DNA of 64,000 bases from Bacteroidota bacterium (GTDB lineage: Bacteria; Bacteroidota; Bacteroidia; JAHEXY01), in assembly GCA_023251875.1 (NCBI GenBank), contig JAHEXY010000004.1:64854-128853 (forward strand). Direction: 5' to 3'. A program made the translations under genes and the position numbers. Each line of letters begins with the position of its first letter. The first letter of the stretch is position 1. This document shows, piece by piece, positions 49,723 through 59,164 of the stretch. The notes below the pieces were generated by a model. The model ran no database searches. It saw only the letters and a program-made list of their open reading frames with translations, and had not been told where the DNA came from.

Positions 49723-51066
49723 TTAATTTTTTTGTAGCGTTTTATTCTTCAGAGCATCTGCTGGTTCCGGAACCCAATGGTGCAATCCTCCGGCTAACTC
49801 ATCATTAAATGTGGTTGGAATAGTACCTTGTTCTGTTCTTTCTTTCCAAGTCAAATGCTGCTTGCCATCATCTCTACGTACCATGGTAATACAATTTTCA
49901 ACAGGGCAAACGAGTGAGCACAAATTACAACCCACACAGTTTTCTTCTATGATGTGGGGTTTACGATTGTCTGCATCGCTTGATAATCCAATGGCTTGGT
50001 GAGCACCATCTTCGCAGGCAATATAGCAAAGCTGGCAACCAATGCATTTATCTTCATTAATTTCTGCAACAACTTTATATTTAAGATTCAGTTCTTCCCA
50101 ATGTTTGGTTTGTGGCAATGCTTTGCCGACCATTTCATCAACAGTTTTAAATCCCTTTTCATCCATGTAGCGTTCAAAACCGGAAGTAATTTCCCGAATA
50201 ATTCCAAAGCCATAATGCATAGCAGCAGTACATACCTGAACGGTTGATGAGCCCATTAATACAAACTCAACTGCATCTTTCCAATTTTCAACTCCTCCAA
50301 TACCCGAAATAGGAAGTTTAAAGCCGGGTTCTAAAGCAACATTTTTTACCATGTTTAATGCAATGGGCTTTACAGCGGGTCCGCAATAACCTCCATTGGT
50401 ACTTTTACCATCTACCATTGGCGTTGGAACAAAATTGTCGATGTCAACATTGATTACGCTTTGTATGGTATTAATTAGCGAAACTGCATTTGCGCCTCCG
50501 GCCTGTGCAGCATTAGCAGGATCTTGAATGTGAGAAATATTAGGTGTTAATTTTACAATAACAGGAATTTTGGCAACTTCCATTACCCAACTTACAATTG
50601 TTTGGAGTACTACAGGATCTTGCCCAACTGCAGAACCCATACCTCTTTCACACATACCATGCGGACAACCAAAGTTTAATTCTATACCATCTGCACCGGC
50701 ATTTTCTACATCTTTTACAATTTGATGCCATTGCTCACGCGTTTCTACCATCAGCGAAGCAATCACCGCATTGTTAGGAAAATATTTTTTTACTTCTTCA
50801 ATTTCTCTTAGATTATCTTTTAATGGTCGATCGGTAATCAGCTCAATATTGTTGAAACCCATCATGCGCGTATCGCGATAATTTAATGCTCCATAACGGC
50901 TCGATACATTTATAACGGGAACTCCTAATGTTTTCCAAACAGCTCCTCCCCAGCCTGCATCGAAAGCTTTCATAATTTGATAACCTGAATTGGTAGGAGG
51001 CGCAGATGCTAACCAAAATGGATTAGGAGATTTGATACCTGCGAAGTTTACGGATAAGTTTGCCAT
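49723..51066 (-). CDS. preA: NAD-dependent dihydropyrimidine dehydrogenase subunit PreA (DHOD-like TIM barrel plus two 4Fe-4S ferredoxin motifs)
   Basis: Dihydroorotate dehydrogenase-like core. C-terminal CIGCQLCYIACEDGA and CVGCNLCSLVCP ferredoxin clusters. Length 447 aa. Confidence 0.8.
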   Translation of the reverse strand: MANLSVNFAGIKSPNPFWLASAPPTNSGYQIMKAFDAGWGGAVWKTLGVPVINVSSRYGALNYRDTRMMGFNNIELITDRPLKDNLREIEEVKKYFPNNAVIASLMVETREQWHQIVKDVENAGADGIELNFGCPHGMCERGMGSAVGQDPVVLQTIVSWVMEVAKIPVIVKLTPNISHIQDPANAAQAGGANAVSLINTIQSVINVDIDNFVPTPMVDGKSTNGGYCGPAVKPIALNMVKNVALEPGFKLPISGIGGVENWKDAVEFVLMGSSTVQVCTAAMHYGFGIIREITSGFERYMDEKGFKTVDEMVGKALPQTKHWEELNLKYKVVAEINEDKCIGCQLCYIACEDGAHQAIGLSSDADNRKPHIIEENCVGCNLCSLVCPVENCITMVRRDDGKQHLTWKERTEQGTIPTTFNDELAGGLHHWVPEPADALKNKTLQKN

Positions 51067-51180
51067 TACTTTGTTATTTATTGTTGTTAGTTGATTTCAT
51101 ATTTGACAATCTCATAAAGAGTTAGCAATTGAAAAAATTAAAAGATTGAAAAAATTATTTAGCATTACCTCATTAAGAAT

Positions 51181-51555
51181 TTATACTTTTTTATTCCCTT
51201 TATAATAACTAAGCAATTCTTTTATTTCTGTATCACTTTTAGTTAATCCGCTAAGATCATATTTTATAAGCTGATCTTTTTTGCTTTTATTTTTTATTAA
51301 ATATTTTAAATACACTATTTTAGAATGCCCTTGACCTTCTGCAATTACTTTCACATTTTCTATATCTTCCCATTTATTAATTTCATTTTTCTCAATTTTA
51401 ATCCCACAATAATTTAAAATAATTTGAGGTTCTTTTGTTCTTTTCCATTCATTTATAGAAGATATATTGAACCCTTTCATAAGAAAGTTAAAATATAAAC
51501 TCCACCAAAAACTGCTTTTTTTTAGAAAAATAAGTGTTTCTGATTTCATGATCAT
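51181..51555 (-). CDS. hypothetical protein
   Basis: 124 aa ORF with no recognisable motifs. Confidence 0.25.
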   Translation of the reverse strand: MIMKSETLIFLKKSSFWWSLYFNFLMKGFNISSINEWKRTKEPQIILNYCGIKIEKNEINKWEDIENVKVIAEGQGHSKIVYLKYLIKNKSKKDQLIKYDLSGLTKSDTEIKELLSYYKGNKKV

Positions 51556-51658
51556 TATTTACCAACTATACTAAAATAAAATAAGATTAAAATCCAAAAT
51601 TTTATGCAAAGATAAGGAAACTGTTTTGGAAGCATGAGTCTTAGACTGAGATTTGTAC

Positions 51659-52420
51659 TTAGCTCAAAAATGAAGTTAAAGGACTAGACGCACTCGCTTG
51701 TTTATAGCTTTGTCCTAATTTGGCTTCATAAGCCATGCGGCCAGCTTCAACAGCTAATCTAAATGCCTTACCCATTGCTATTGGATTATCAGAAACGGCA
51801 ATGGCTGTATTGACAAGTACTGCATCTGCTCCCATTTCCATAGCTTCGGCTGCGTGCGAAGGTGCGCCTATGCCTGCATCTATAATAACAGGAACCCTAC
51901 TATTTTCAATTATTATCTCAAGCATGGCTTTTGTTTGCAAACCATTGTTGCTGCCAATAGGTGAACCCAAAGGCATTACGGCCGCAACTCCAACTTCTTC
52001 TAATCTTTTGCATAAAACAGGATCAGAATTTATGTACGGCAATACCACAAAGCCTAATTTCACTAATGCTTCAGCAGCTTTTAAAGTTTCAATAGGATCA
52101 GGTAATAAATATTTTGGATCAGGATGAATTTCTAATTTAAGCCAATTAGTATTTAAGGCTTCTCTTGCTAATTGCGCAGCAAAAATTGCTTCTTCAGCTG
52201 TTCTTGCTCCAGAGGTATTAGGCAATAAATTAAATTGAGAATGGCTTAAATATTTTAAAATATCATCTTCTTGATTTTTAAGATCAACACGCTTTAGAGC
52301 TACAGTTACTAATTCAGAACCTGAAGCCAATAAAGCATCACGCATTAATTCGTTTGAACTGAATTTTCCGGTGCCGGTGAAGAGGCGAGAGGAGAAAGTT
52401 TTATTTGCAAACGTCAACAT
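51659..52420 (-). CDS. thiG: thiazole synthase
   Basis: [15 protein letters not shown], the conserved Lys/Schiff-base region, and [12 protein letters not shown]. Confidence 0.85.
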   Translation of the reverse strand: MLTFANKTFSSRLFTGTGKFSSNELMRDALLASGSELVTVALKRVDLKNQEDDILKYLSHSQFNLLPNTSGARTAEEAIFAAQLAREALNTNWLKLEIHPDPKYLLPDPIETLKAAEALVKLGFVVLPYINSDPVLCKRLEEVGVAAVMPLGSPIGSNNGLQTKAMLEIIIENSRVPVIIDAGIGAPSHAAEAMEMGADAVLVNTAIAVSDNPIAMGKAFRLAVEAGRMAYEAKLGQSYKQASASSPLTSFLS

Positions 52421-52421
52421 C

Positions 52422-52775
52422 TTAATATAAAATTTTTATTTCGTCTCTCTTTAACTCAATTAAACTGCCTTTGGAAATTAATTCAATTATTGAGTGAATA
52501 TTATTTCTAAAAAATTGTCTCATTTCATCTAATCCCATATTTCCCACCCTAACAAATATTAATTTGTAAGGTTCCTTTTTAATTAAAAATGAATGGTAGA
52601 AATCGGAGTCTTTTGTAACAACTATCCATTGTTCATTAACAGATAATTTTATTATATCTAAATCGCTAGTTAGGTTTTTTTGGGGAAGATCTTTGGTATG
52701 AATGGCTTCAAAACCAGTTTCCTTAAAAATATTTTTTAATACCGAAGGAAGTTGAGCATCAATTAAAAATTTCAT
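52422..52775 (-). CDS. DUF5615-family PIN-like putative toxin
   Basis: 117 aa. [10 protein letters not shown]...IVVTKDSDF is typical of DUF5615. Immediately downstream of a DUF433 gene, with stop and start abutting. Confidence 0.55.
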   Translation of the reverse strand: MKFLIDAQLPSVLKNIFKETGFEAIHTKDLPQKNLTSDLDIIKLSVNEQWIVVTKDSDFYHSFLIKKEPYKLIFVRVGNMGLDEMRQFFRNNIHSIIELISKGSLIELKRDEIKILY

Positions 52776-53011
52776 TATGCGGCTTTCCTTGTTATATCCT
52801 GAAACTTAATAACTCTGTTAGCATAAGCAATACAAGCTAAAATATCATCTTTTTCCAGGTCGTCAAATTCTGATAGAATTGTTTCAATAGAATCTCCGCC
52901 TGCTAAATATTCAAGAATACTCTCAACCATATATCTTGTATTCCTGATTGTAGGTTTACCATGACATACCTCTGGACTAATTGTTATTCTTTCATCAATC
53001 AAATTCTTCAT
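52775..53011 (-). CDS. DUF433-family putative antitoxin
   Basis: 78 aa. ISPEVCHGKPTIRNTRYMVESILEYLAGGDSIETILSEF is the DUF433 signature. Confidence 0.6.
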   Translation of the reverse strand: MKNLIDERITISPEVCHGKPTIRNTRYMVESILEYLAGGDSIETILSEFDDLEKDDILACIAYANRVIKFQDITRKAA

Positions 53012-53080
53012 ATTATAATAAATTTGCTATATAAAAATACAAAACAATTTAAGTATTTACTTCATTATCTCATTAGCTAA

Positions 53081-54457
53081 TTATTTTAATAACCCTTCAC
53101 TCAATTTCTGCGAAAACGCCATAATGCTTAAAGCAGGATTTATTCCTGGTGCCGATGGAAAAATACTGGAATCACTGATGTAAATATTTTTTAAACCGTG
53201 TACTTGAAAATCGGGATTTACAACCGATTTAGCAGGATCTGTTCCAATACTGCAACCGCCCATTAAATGCAATCCAAAAAAGTAAGGTGAATTTACAACT
53301 TCTTTTGCTCCTGCAGCATTAAAAATATTGATAATGGTTTCAATACCCGCATCTCTTCTTTTTTTATCTTGATCGGTTAAATGTTTTGTTACAATTAGTT
53401 TACCCTTCTTCACTGTGATCTCTCCTCCTTCCGGTTGATCACGTACAGCAGTTTCAATACAGGCCATGTAACTATATTTACTCATTATTCTTTGGTGTTC
53501 CTTTCCACTTGAATTCAAAAGCATTGCAATTGAAATAGGAGGACCAAAAACATTCTCTAGTTTAAATCCTTTTTGTCGGAAATTAGGATCGTGAGAGGCT
53601 ACTGTTTGAAATGCTCCCTTATGTGAATTTACAGGTTCATCAAAAATTCCAAACAACATAAATTGAGGATGTTGGCAAAAACCTTTCCCTAATGCAGGAA
53701 GTTTATCTTTAAACCCTGAATTGAACATAATTTTATTACTCCCAAATGAACCTCCGGCCAACACTACTTTTTTTGTTTTGAGCGTTTGCTTTTGTTTATT
53801 TTTTATACCATGCACTAAAACATGATCATTAAAATGCTCTACTTTATCCACTTCAAATTCTGCCATAATTTCCATACCGTTTTTTTCAGCAACTTGTATA
53901 GATGTTACCAGTGAACTTTGTTTGCTATCTCTATGGCAACCACCAAGACATAACAAACAATCGTTTCCTTCTAATGTTTTACAATCTGTTTGCCCTCGCC
54001 TTAATTCCTTCCATTTATAGCCTAGTTTATCACAGCCTGCTGTAAATAATTCTGCATTGCGATTGAATTCTTTTCTTTCAAAATGATGTAGGGTCATTTT
54101 CTTCTCTATACGTTCATAGTATGGAGCCATGGCATCAACCGTCATAAAATCTACTCCTGACCTATCTTTCCAATCGTTTAATGCAACATCATCAAAACGA
54201 TCTTGTAAACATTGATTTACAATAGATGTTCCACCCATTACACGAGCACGCAAATATGCAGTTTTAGCCTCTGCATCAAATTCAATTCCCCCACCCCAAA
54301 ATATTTGAGCAGAATAATCGGCTTCTGTTTTTGGAAAGGTATCTTTTCGCAAAAACTTTCCGGCTTCAACCAATAAAACTTTTGCGCCTGCATCATGCAG
54401 ATTTTTTGAAATGGTGCCACCTGATGGGCCGGATCCGATAATGATAAAGTCGTACAT
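53081..54457 (-). CDS. GMC-family FAD-dependent oxidoreductase
   Basis: N-terminal dinucleotide fold YDFIIIGSGPSGG. C-terminal GMC_oxred_C-like region (HLMGGCSIGTDP...NIYISDSSIFPSAPGINP). Confidence 0.65.
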   Translation of the reverse strand: MYDFIIIGSGPSGGTISKNLHDAGAKVLLVEAGKFLRKDTFPKTEADYSAQIFWGGGIEFDAEAKTAYLRARVMGGTSIVNQCLQDRFDDVALNDWKDRSGVDFMTVDAMAPYYERIEKKMTLHHFERKEFNRNAELFTAGCDKLGYKWKELRRGQTDCKTLEGNDCLLCLGGCHRDSKQSSLVTSIQVAEKNGMEIMAEFEVDKVEHFNDHVLVHGIKNKQKQTLKTKKVVLAGGSFGSNKIMFNSGFKDKLPALGKGFCQHPQFMLFGIFDEPVNSHKGAFQTVASHDPNFRQKGFKLENVFGPPISIAMLLNSSGKEHQRIMSKYSYMACIETAVRDQPEGGEITVKKGKLIVTKHLTDQDKKRRDAGIETIINIFNAAGAKEVVNSPYFFGLHLMGGCSIGTDPAKSVVNPDFQVHGLKNIYISDSSIFPSAPGINPALSIMAFSQKLSEGLLK

Positions 54458-54507
54458 ATATAATTTGAAAATGAATTAATTTGAAAATGTGATAATGTTA
54501 TTGGTGT

Positions 54508-55941
54508 TTACTCTTTTGCTAAAATAATGATTTCTGTTTGATTATTATATGTTATGCGACATAGATACATGCCTTTTGTTTTTGTATCCCACTCTATTTC
54601 ATGATTGCCTTTTTCTTGTTTGCCATTGTATAAATGTGCAATATTTTTTCCAAGCACATCGTACACATCAATATTTATTTCTTCTGTTTCATTCAAAACA
54701 TATTTTATTGTTGTAGAATTTTTAAATGGATTGGGATATGCACTTACTTCCAATGTATTTTGCTGTAGCTCATCAATACCTGCATAAAAATAATTAATAT
54801 AAGTATCAAGTAAAGCTTTTGTAAGCGCTGTTAATTGTGAAGAAGTTGTTTCTCCATCATTGCAAAGTATTGCAATACTAATTGTATCATAAGACGAAAA
54901 AGTGAGCATACTCATATAAACAGCATCCCCATCATGCCCCCAAAGTGTTCGCCCCGAAATACTAAATTTCATTAAACCCAAGCCATAATTATAGGTTGGG
55001 AGAAAATCTAACATTTGCTGAAGAGAAGAATCATTCACCACTTTGCCTTGAAATAAATCTTTTGACCAATTAACCATATCTTGGGCAGTAGAAAAAATGG
55101 CTCCTGCCGACCAAGAAGAACTAAAAAGAGCTGTACGAGGCACATTTAATGCAACCAAATCATAAGTTGTATTATTATCAAATATATCATACCACATGTG
55201 AGCCATAGTTCCATTTAAAGAATCATATTGATCGAGAAAAGTATGAGATAAATTGAATGGATCAATAATTCTGGAATGTAATTGTTGAATATAAGTTTGT
55301 CCGGTAACGGCTTCTATAATCATTCCCAAAATCAAATATTCTGAATTAGAATAATGGTAAGATGTTCCTTTTGGAAAATAAGCAGTATCTAGAAAAGTAG
55401 AGAGAATTTCATTGGCCGTCCAAAATTTTGCCGGATCAAATAAAAATGAATCCTGCACAGCCTGACTATGGGCATAATCATAAATTCCGCTGGTATGATT
55501 TAATAGTTGATGAATAGTAATTGTACTATCAACAAACTTATAACTAGGAATCCAATGGTAAATAGAATCTTCAAGGCTTAATAAACTATCTTGCGTAAGC
55601 AACATAATAATGGAAGAAGTAAAAGTTTTGGTATTACTGCCAATGCCGAAAAGCATATCTGTTTTTATGGTGTCTGTACCATCCGAACTTCCGCTTGCGC
55701 CTAACCATACATCTCCATTAGGCATGCTCAATGCAGCAGCTACTCCTTTTAAATTGTAGGAATTAAATTTATCGTCTAAGGCTTGTTGAAGTTTAGTTGA
55801 TAAATCGGAATTGAGTGCCGTTTGCGAGAATAATGAAAATTGAAAAACGAAAATAAAATTAGCTAATGAGATGATTAGCTGATTAGCTGATGATCTAAAT
55901 AATGAAGTGCAATTTTTCTTTATAGTACTACATAATTTCAT
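54508..55941 (-). CDS. serine hydrolase (beta-lactamase/transpeptidase fold) with a T9SS C-terminal sorting domain
   Basis: S-x-x-K active-site motif (GSNTKTFTS) and the YSNSEY region. C-terminal T9SS CTD: VSAYPNPFKNSTTIKYVL...GMYLCRITYNN. The N-terminal coding overlaps ATTAGCTAAT-type palindromes. Confidence 0.65.
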   Translation of the reverse strand: MKLCSTIKKNCTSLFRSSANQLIISLANFIFVFQFSLFSQTALNSDLSTKLQQALDDKFNSYNLKGVAAALSMPNGDVWLGASGSSDGTDTIKTDMLFGIGSNTKTFTSSIIMLLTQDSLLSLEDSIYHWIPSYKFVDSTITIHQLLNHTSGIYDYAHSQAVQDSFLFDPAKFWTANEILSTFLDTAYFPKGTSYHYSNSEYLILGMIIEAVTGQTYIQQLHSRIIDPFNLSHTFLDQYDSLNGTMAHMWYDIFDNNTTYDLVALNVPRTALFSSSWSAGAIFSTAQDMVNWSKDLFQGKVVNDSSLQQMLDFLPTYNYGLGLMKFSISGRTLWGHDGDAVYMSMLTFSSYDTISIAILCNDGETTSSQLTALTKALLDTYINYFYAGIDELQQNTLEVSAYPNPFKNSTTIKYVLNETEEINIDVYDVLGKNIAHLYNGKQEKGNHEIEWDTKTKGMYLCRITYNNQTEIIILAKE

Positions 55942-56028
55942 ATTACGTTTTATTTTTTTCTTAGATAATTACCTCATTGGCTAATCAACAAATTAGCTAA
56001 TTAACTCATCATCACATTAGCTAATTTT
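55857..56028. promoter_or_regulatory. array of the 10-bp perfect palindrome ATTAGCTAAT (three exact copies plus three to four degenerate copies) spanning the stop of the aldehyde dehydrogenase gene and the start of the serine hydrolase gene
   Basis: Exact copies lie at 55857-55866, 55982-55991 and 56019-56028. Variants are gattagctgattagctgat (55873-55891) and ttggctaatc (~55969). Confidence 0.45.
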
Positions 56029-57594
56029 TTCCTTTGTCCCCAAACTATCCATCTTCAATCCCAACATCGCAAATTTGAGCATGTTTTTAGATTTAGAAAA
56101 AAGTGCTACCATTAATTTACTTAGCAACTCATATTTGGTTTGCGTAAAAGGATACCAATGCGCTTCAATTCTTGAACTTTGTTGATCGATAATAATTGAT
56201 TTTGTATTGGTAAAACCTAGTAAACCCCATTCACCTTTTGAACGCCCAATACCGCTGTCTTTTATTCCTCCAAATGGAAGAGCTGGATTACCTTCGGTAA
56301 GCATGTGGCTATTGATAGAAACATTACCGGTTACTAATTTTTTTGCCACACGTTCTGCACGTTTTACGTCTTTGCTCCATACACTGGCGCTTAATCCGTA
56401 AACAGAATCATTGGCTAATTTTATGGCTTCTTCTTCTGTTTTAAATTTCATGATAGGAAGAACAGGACCAAAAGTTTCTTCTGTCATAATTAACATACTG
56501 TGATTTACATCTGTTAAAATAGTTGGAGGAAATTGCCGGCTGTTATTTTCTCTTTTCCCTCCCAATAAAACTTTAGCACCTTTTTGAACAGCATCTTGAA
56601 CATGTTTTTCGATGGTGCTTAATTGTGCAGCAGATGTTATTCCTCCTAAATCATATCCATCAGGTTTTTTATAATCAGTTTGTGAATTGGGTAAACGTAG
56701 TTTTTTTGATTTTTCAACTACCATGCTTACAAATTTCTCGTAAATATTTTCATGCACGTATGTGCGCTCAATGGATGTGCATGATTGTCCGCTATTGGTA
56801 AAAGCAGCCCACATTACACCATTTACGGTACGTTCAAGGTTTACATCTTCAAAAACAATTGCAGGATCTTTTCCTCCCAACTCAAGTTCAACAGGAATTA
56901 ATTGCCGAGAAGCTTGCTCCATAATTTTTTTTCCTGTGGCTACGCTTCCTGTAAAATGAATTTTATCAGGCCTGGCATTAATTAATAATTTTCCGGTTTC
57001 TTTACCTCCATAAACAAATTGAAAAGCATCTTTCATAAATCCGCTTTGGGTAAGCATTTCTTCCCATAATCCTTTTAGGGGCGTAAATTCAGATGGTTTA
57101 ATAATTACAGCATTTCCGGCTAAGAAAGCCAAAATAGAAGGAGTCATTCCCTGAAAAAAAGGATAGTTCCATGGCGTTACTACTAAAATCGTTCCTAATG
57201 GTTGATAGGTAACTTTCGATTTTTTTCCCATTAATACAATAGGAGTATGAATACTTTTATCGGCTAAAATTTTTGGAGCTACTTTTTTAAAATGATCAAT
57301 TACATCACACACTTCAAACACTTCCGAAACCAAAGCATCAAAGCGTGATTTGCCTGTTTCTGCAACAATGCGATCAATAATCTTTTCTTGGTTAGCAATT
57401 ACATAATCATTCAGTTTTAATATTTCTTGAATGCGTTGCTCAATAGATAAATTAGCTATTTGCTCTTGTATTTTTTTTGCAGCAGCAAATACTTTTTCAA
57501 TTGAAGAAGATGTTGTCTCCTGTATTTCATACAGTGTTTCTAATGTATTAGGATTGCTTACAGCAAAAGCCGAGTTTGTAATTGTTGGGGGCAT
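56017..57594 (-). CDS. NAD(P)-dependent aldehyde dehydrogenase
   Basis: ALDH family: FTGS.ATGKKIM, ELGGKDPAIV with the catalytic Glu, and CTSIERTYV with the catalytic Cys. Confidence 0.85.
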   Translation of the reverse strand: MPPTITNSAFAVSNPNTLETLYEIQETTSSSIEKVFAAAKKIQEQIANLSIEQRIQEILKLNDYVIANQEKIIDRIVAETGKSRFDALVSEVFEVCDVIDHFKKVAPKILADKSIHTPIVLMGKKSKVTYQPLGTILVVTPWNYPFFQGMTPSILAFLAGNAVIIKPSEFTPLKGLWEEMLTQSGFMKDAFQFVYGGKETGKLLINARPDKIHFTGSVATGKKIMEQASRQLIPVELELGGKDPAIVFEDVNLERTVNGVMWAAFTNSGQSCTSIERTYVHENIYEKFVSMVVEKSKKLRLPNSQTDYKKPDGYDLGGITSAAQLSTIEKHVQDAVQKGAKVLLGGKRENNSRQFPPTILTDVNHSMLIMTEETFGPVLPIMKFKTEEEAIKLANDSVYGLSASVWSKDVKRAERVAKKLVTGNVSINSHMLTEGNPALPFGGIKDSGIGRSKGEWGLLGFTNTKSIIIDQQSSRIEAHWYPFTQTKYELLSKLMVALFSKSKNMLKFAMLGLKMDSLGTKEKIS

Positions 57595-57809
57595 ATATTT
57601 AGTTCAAAGTTTAATGTTAGAAAGTTCAAGGTTAAATAGATCAATCATTGAACGCAATAATTACATAAAGATAAGAAGAATTTGAGATGTTTCTCGTCAT
57701 TACGAGCGAGAAACGGGCAAAGTAATCTTTTGAAAAATAAGATTTTTATAAAAATGAAGATTGCTTCACTCCGTTCGCAATGACTCTTATAAATTAATTT
57801 CAATAAATT

Positions 57810-58517
57810 TTAAACAGCCCCTTCTTGCTTTATCAATTTAAACCAATCAAATATTTTATATACAATAAAAAAGTGCAGTAATCCTATAATTTCAAAATCT
57901 AAAATATACCAAGGCCATTCACCTAGAAGTAATGGATTGTTAACCGATGGCTTTTCCGATAAATACATGTAGTTTCCTCCAACCATATAATTAACAAGAG
58001 CCACACTTACTAAAAACACCTGACTCACTAAAAATATATTGAACCATGAGTTTTTCCTTGGCTTCATATCTAAAAAGCAAACAAGAAACAGTGGAGATAA
58101 AATAATACCGGCATGAACCAAATAATATTCAAACAAAAAGAAAGCTCCGTTTCCGTTAGAAACTTCAGGTGTAAGTAATGCATGTATGCCTCCGGGTATG
58201 CCCCAATATAAGAGTAATTCAAATAATACTTGCTTTCTCCAGAAGATAACAAGGCCGGAAAGAATGCCACTCATACTGCAAAGTTGCAAAGGCAAAGATG
58301 TTTGCAAATCCCACACTCCAATATAAATTGAATACACATGAAAAAATATTGCAATAAATACTAAGGGTGTCCCAATTAATTTGGCAAGAGTTTCTCTATT
58401 GGGTTGACTCATTTTTTTGGCAACTAGTAATGGAATACTAATAAAGAACAGAGATGTTACAATTCCTTTCCACCAGATCGGGCAAAAAATATCTATTGTG
58501 AAGTGATGCATGAACAA
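57810..58517 (-). CDS. integral membrane protein (YwaF/TIGR02206-like)
   Basis: 235 aa with about six TM helices. The call rests on composition and family resemblance only. Confidence 0.35.
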   Translation of the reverse strand: MFMHHFTIDIFCPIWWKGIVTSLFFISIPLLVAKKMSQPNRETLAKLIGTPLVFIAIFFHVYSIYIGVWDLQTSLPLQLCSMSGILSGLVIFWRKQVLFELLLYWGIPGGIHALLTPEVSNGNGAFFLFEYYLVHAGIILSPLFLVCFLDMKPRKNSWFNIFLVSQVFLVSVALVNYMVGGNYMYLSEKPSVNNPLLLGEWPWYILDFEIIGLLHFFIVYKIFDWFKLIKQEGAV

Positions 58518-58591
58518 AAATAGTGAATATAATTTACGATTGGATATTCAAAAATTAAATTATAACTTTGTTATAACAATAAAAAATAATT

Positions 58592-58840
58592 ATGCGAGGC
58601 AATTTAGTTAATATAGGAAATTCGAAAGGCTTAATATTACCTGCTTATTTTATTAAAAATGCAGGTATTGATAATGAAATAAATATAGAAATAAAGGGAG
58701 ATACGCTTACTGTTAAGCCATTGAAAAAACCAAGAAAAAATTGGGACTTGGCATGTAAAAAAATGCATTTGAACGGAGATGATCAATTGTTGATACCTGA
58801 TATTTTTGATGATGAAACTTTAAATGAATGGCAATGGTAG
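58592..58840 (+). CDS. mazE: MazE/AbrB-type antitoxin
   Basis: SpoVT/AbrB-like swapped-hairpin N-terminus (LVNIGNSKGLILPAYFIK). An acidic C-terminal tail. Overlaps the mazF gene by 13 bp. Confidence 0.65.
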   Translation: MRGNLVNIGNSKGLILPAYFIKNAGIDNEINIEIKGDTLTVKPLKKPRKNWDLACKKMHLNGDDQLLIPDIFDDETLNEWQW

Positions 58841-59163
58841 TAAATCAGTACGATATTTTTTGGATAGATTTAAATCCAACTATTGGAAGTGAAATTAATA
58901 AGATTCGTCCTTGTTTGGTTATTTCTCCTAATGAAATGAATGCTCATTTATCTACTATTATTATAGCTCCTATAACATCTCGAAAAAAAGGCAAAGTATA
59001 TCCCATGCGCGTTAACTTTAGTTTGCAAAGAAAAAATGCTTGGATTGTATTGGATCAGATTAGAACAGTAGATAAATTAAGATTGAAGTCGAAAATAAAT
59101 TCATTAAACAATACCCTTATTCAAGATGTAAAGTCAATTTTACATGAAATGCTAGTAGAGTAA
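58828..59163 (+). CDS. mazF: MazF/PemK-family endoribonuclease toxin
   Basis: DIFWIDLNPTIGSEINKIRPCLVIS...IIAPITS matches the PemK/MazF consensus. Confidence 0.75.
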   Translation: MAMVVNQYDIFWIDLNPTIGSEINKIRPCLVISPNEMNAHLSTIIIAPITSRKKGKVYPMRVNFSLQRKNAWIVLDQIRTVDKLRLKSKINSLNNTLIQDVKSILHEMLVE

Positions 59164-59164
59164 A

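Noticed and set aside
51735-52127. 130-aa plus-strand ORF, Ala/Ser-rich
   Set aside because: It is antisense to the conserved thiG coding sequence and is a typical shadow ORF.
57660-57780. Imperfect 13-bp inverted repeat (gtcattacgagcg / cgttcgcaatgac) and the gtttctcg...cgagaaac hairpin in the aldehyde dehydrogenase upstream region
   Set aside because: It is probably just the terminator or attenuator of the upstream gene. The match is imperfect and seen only once.
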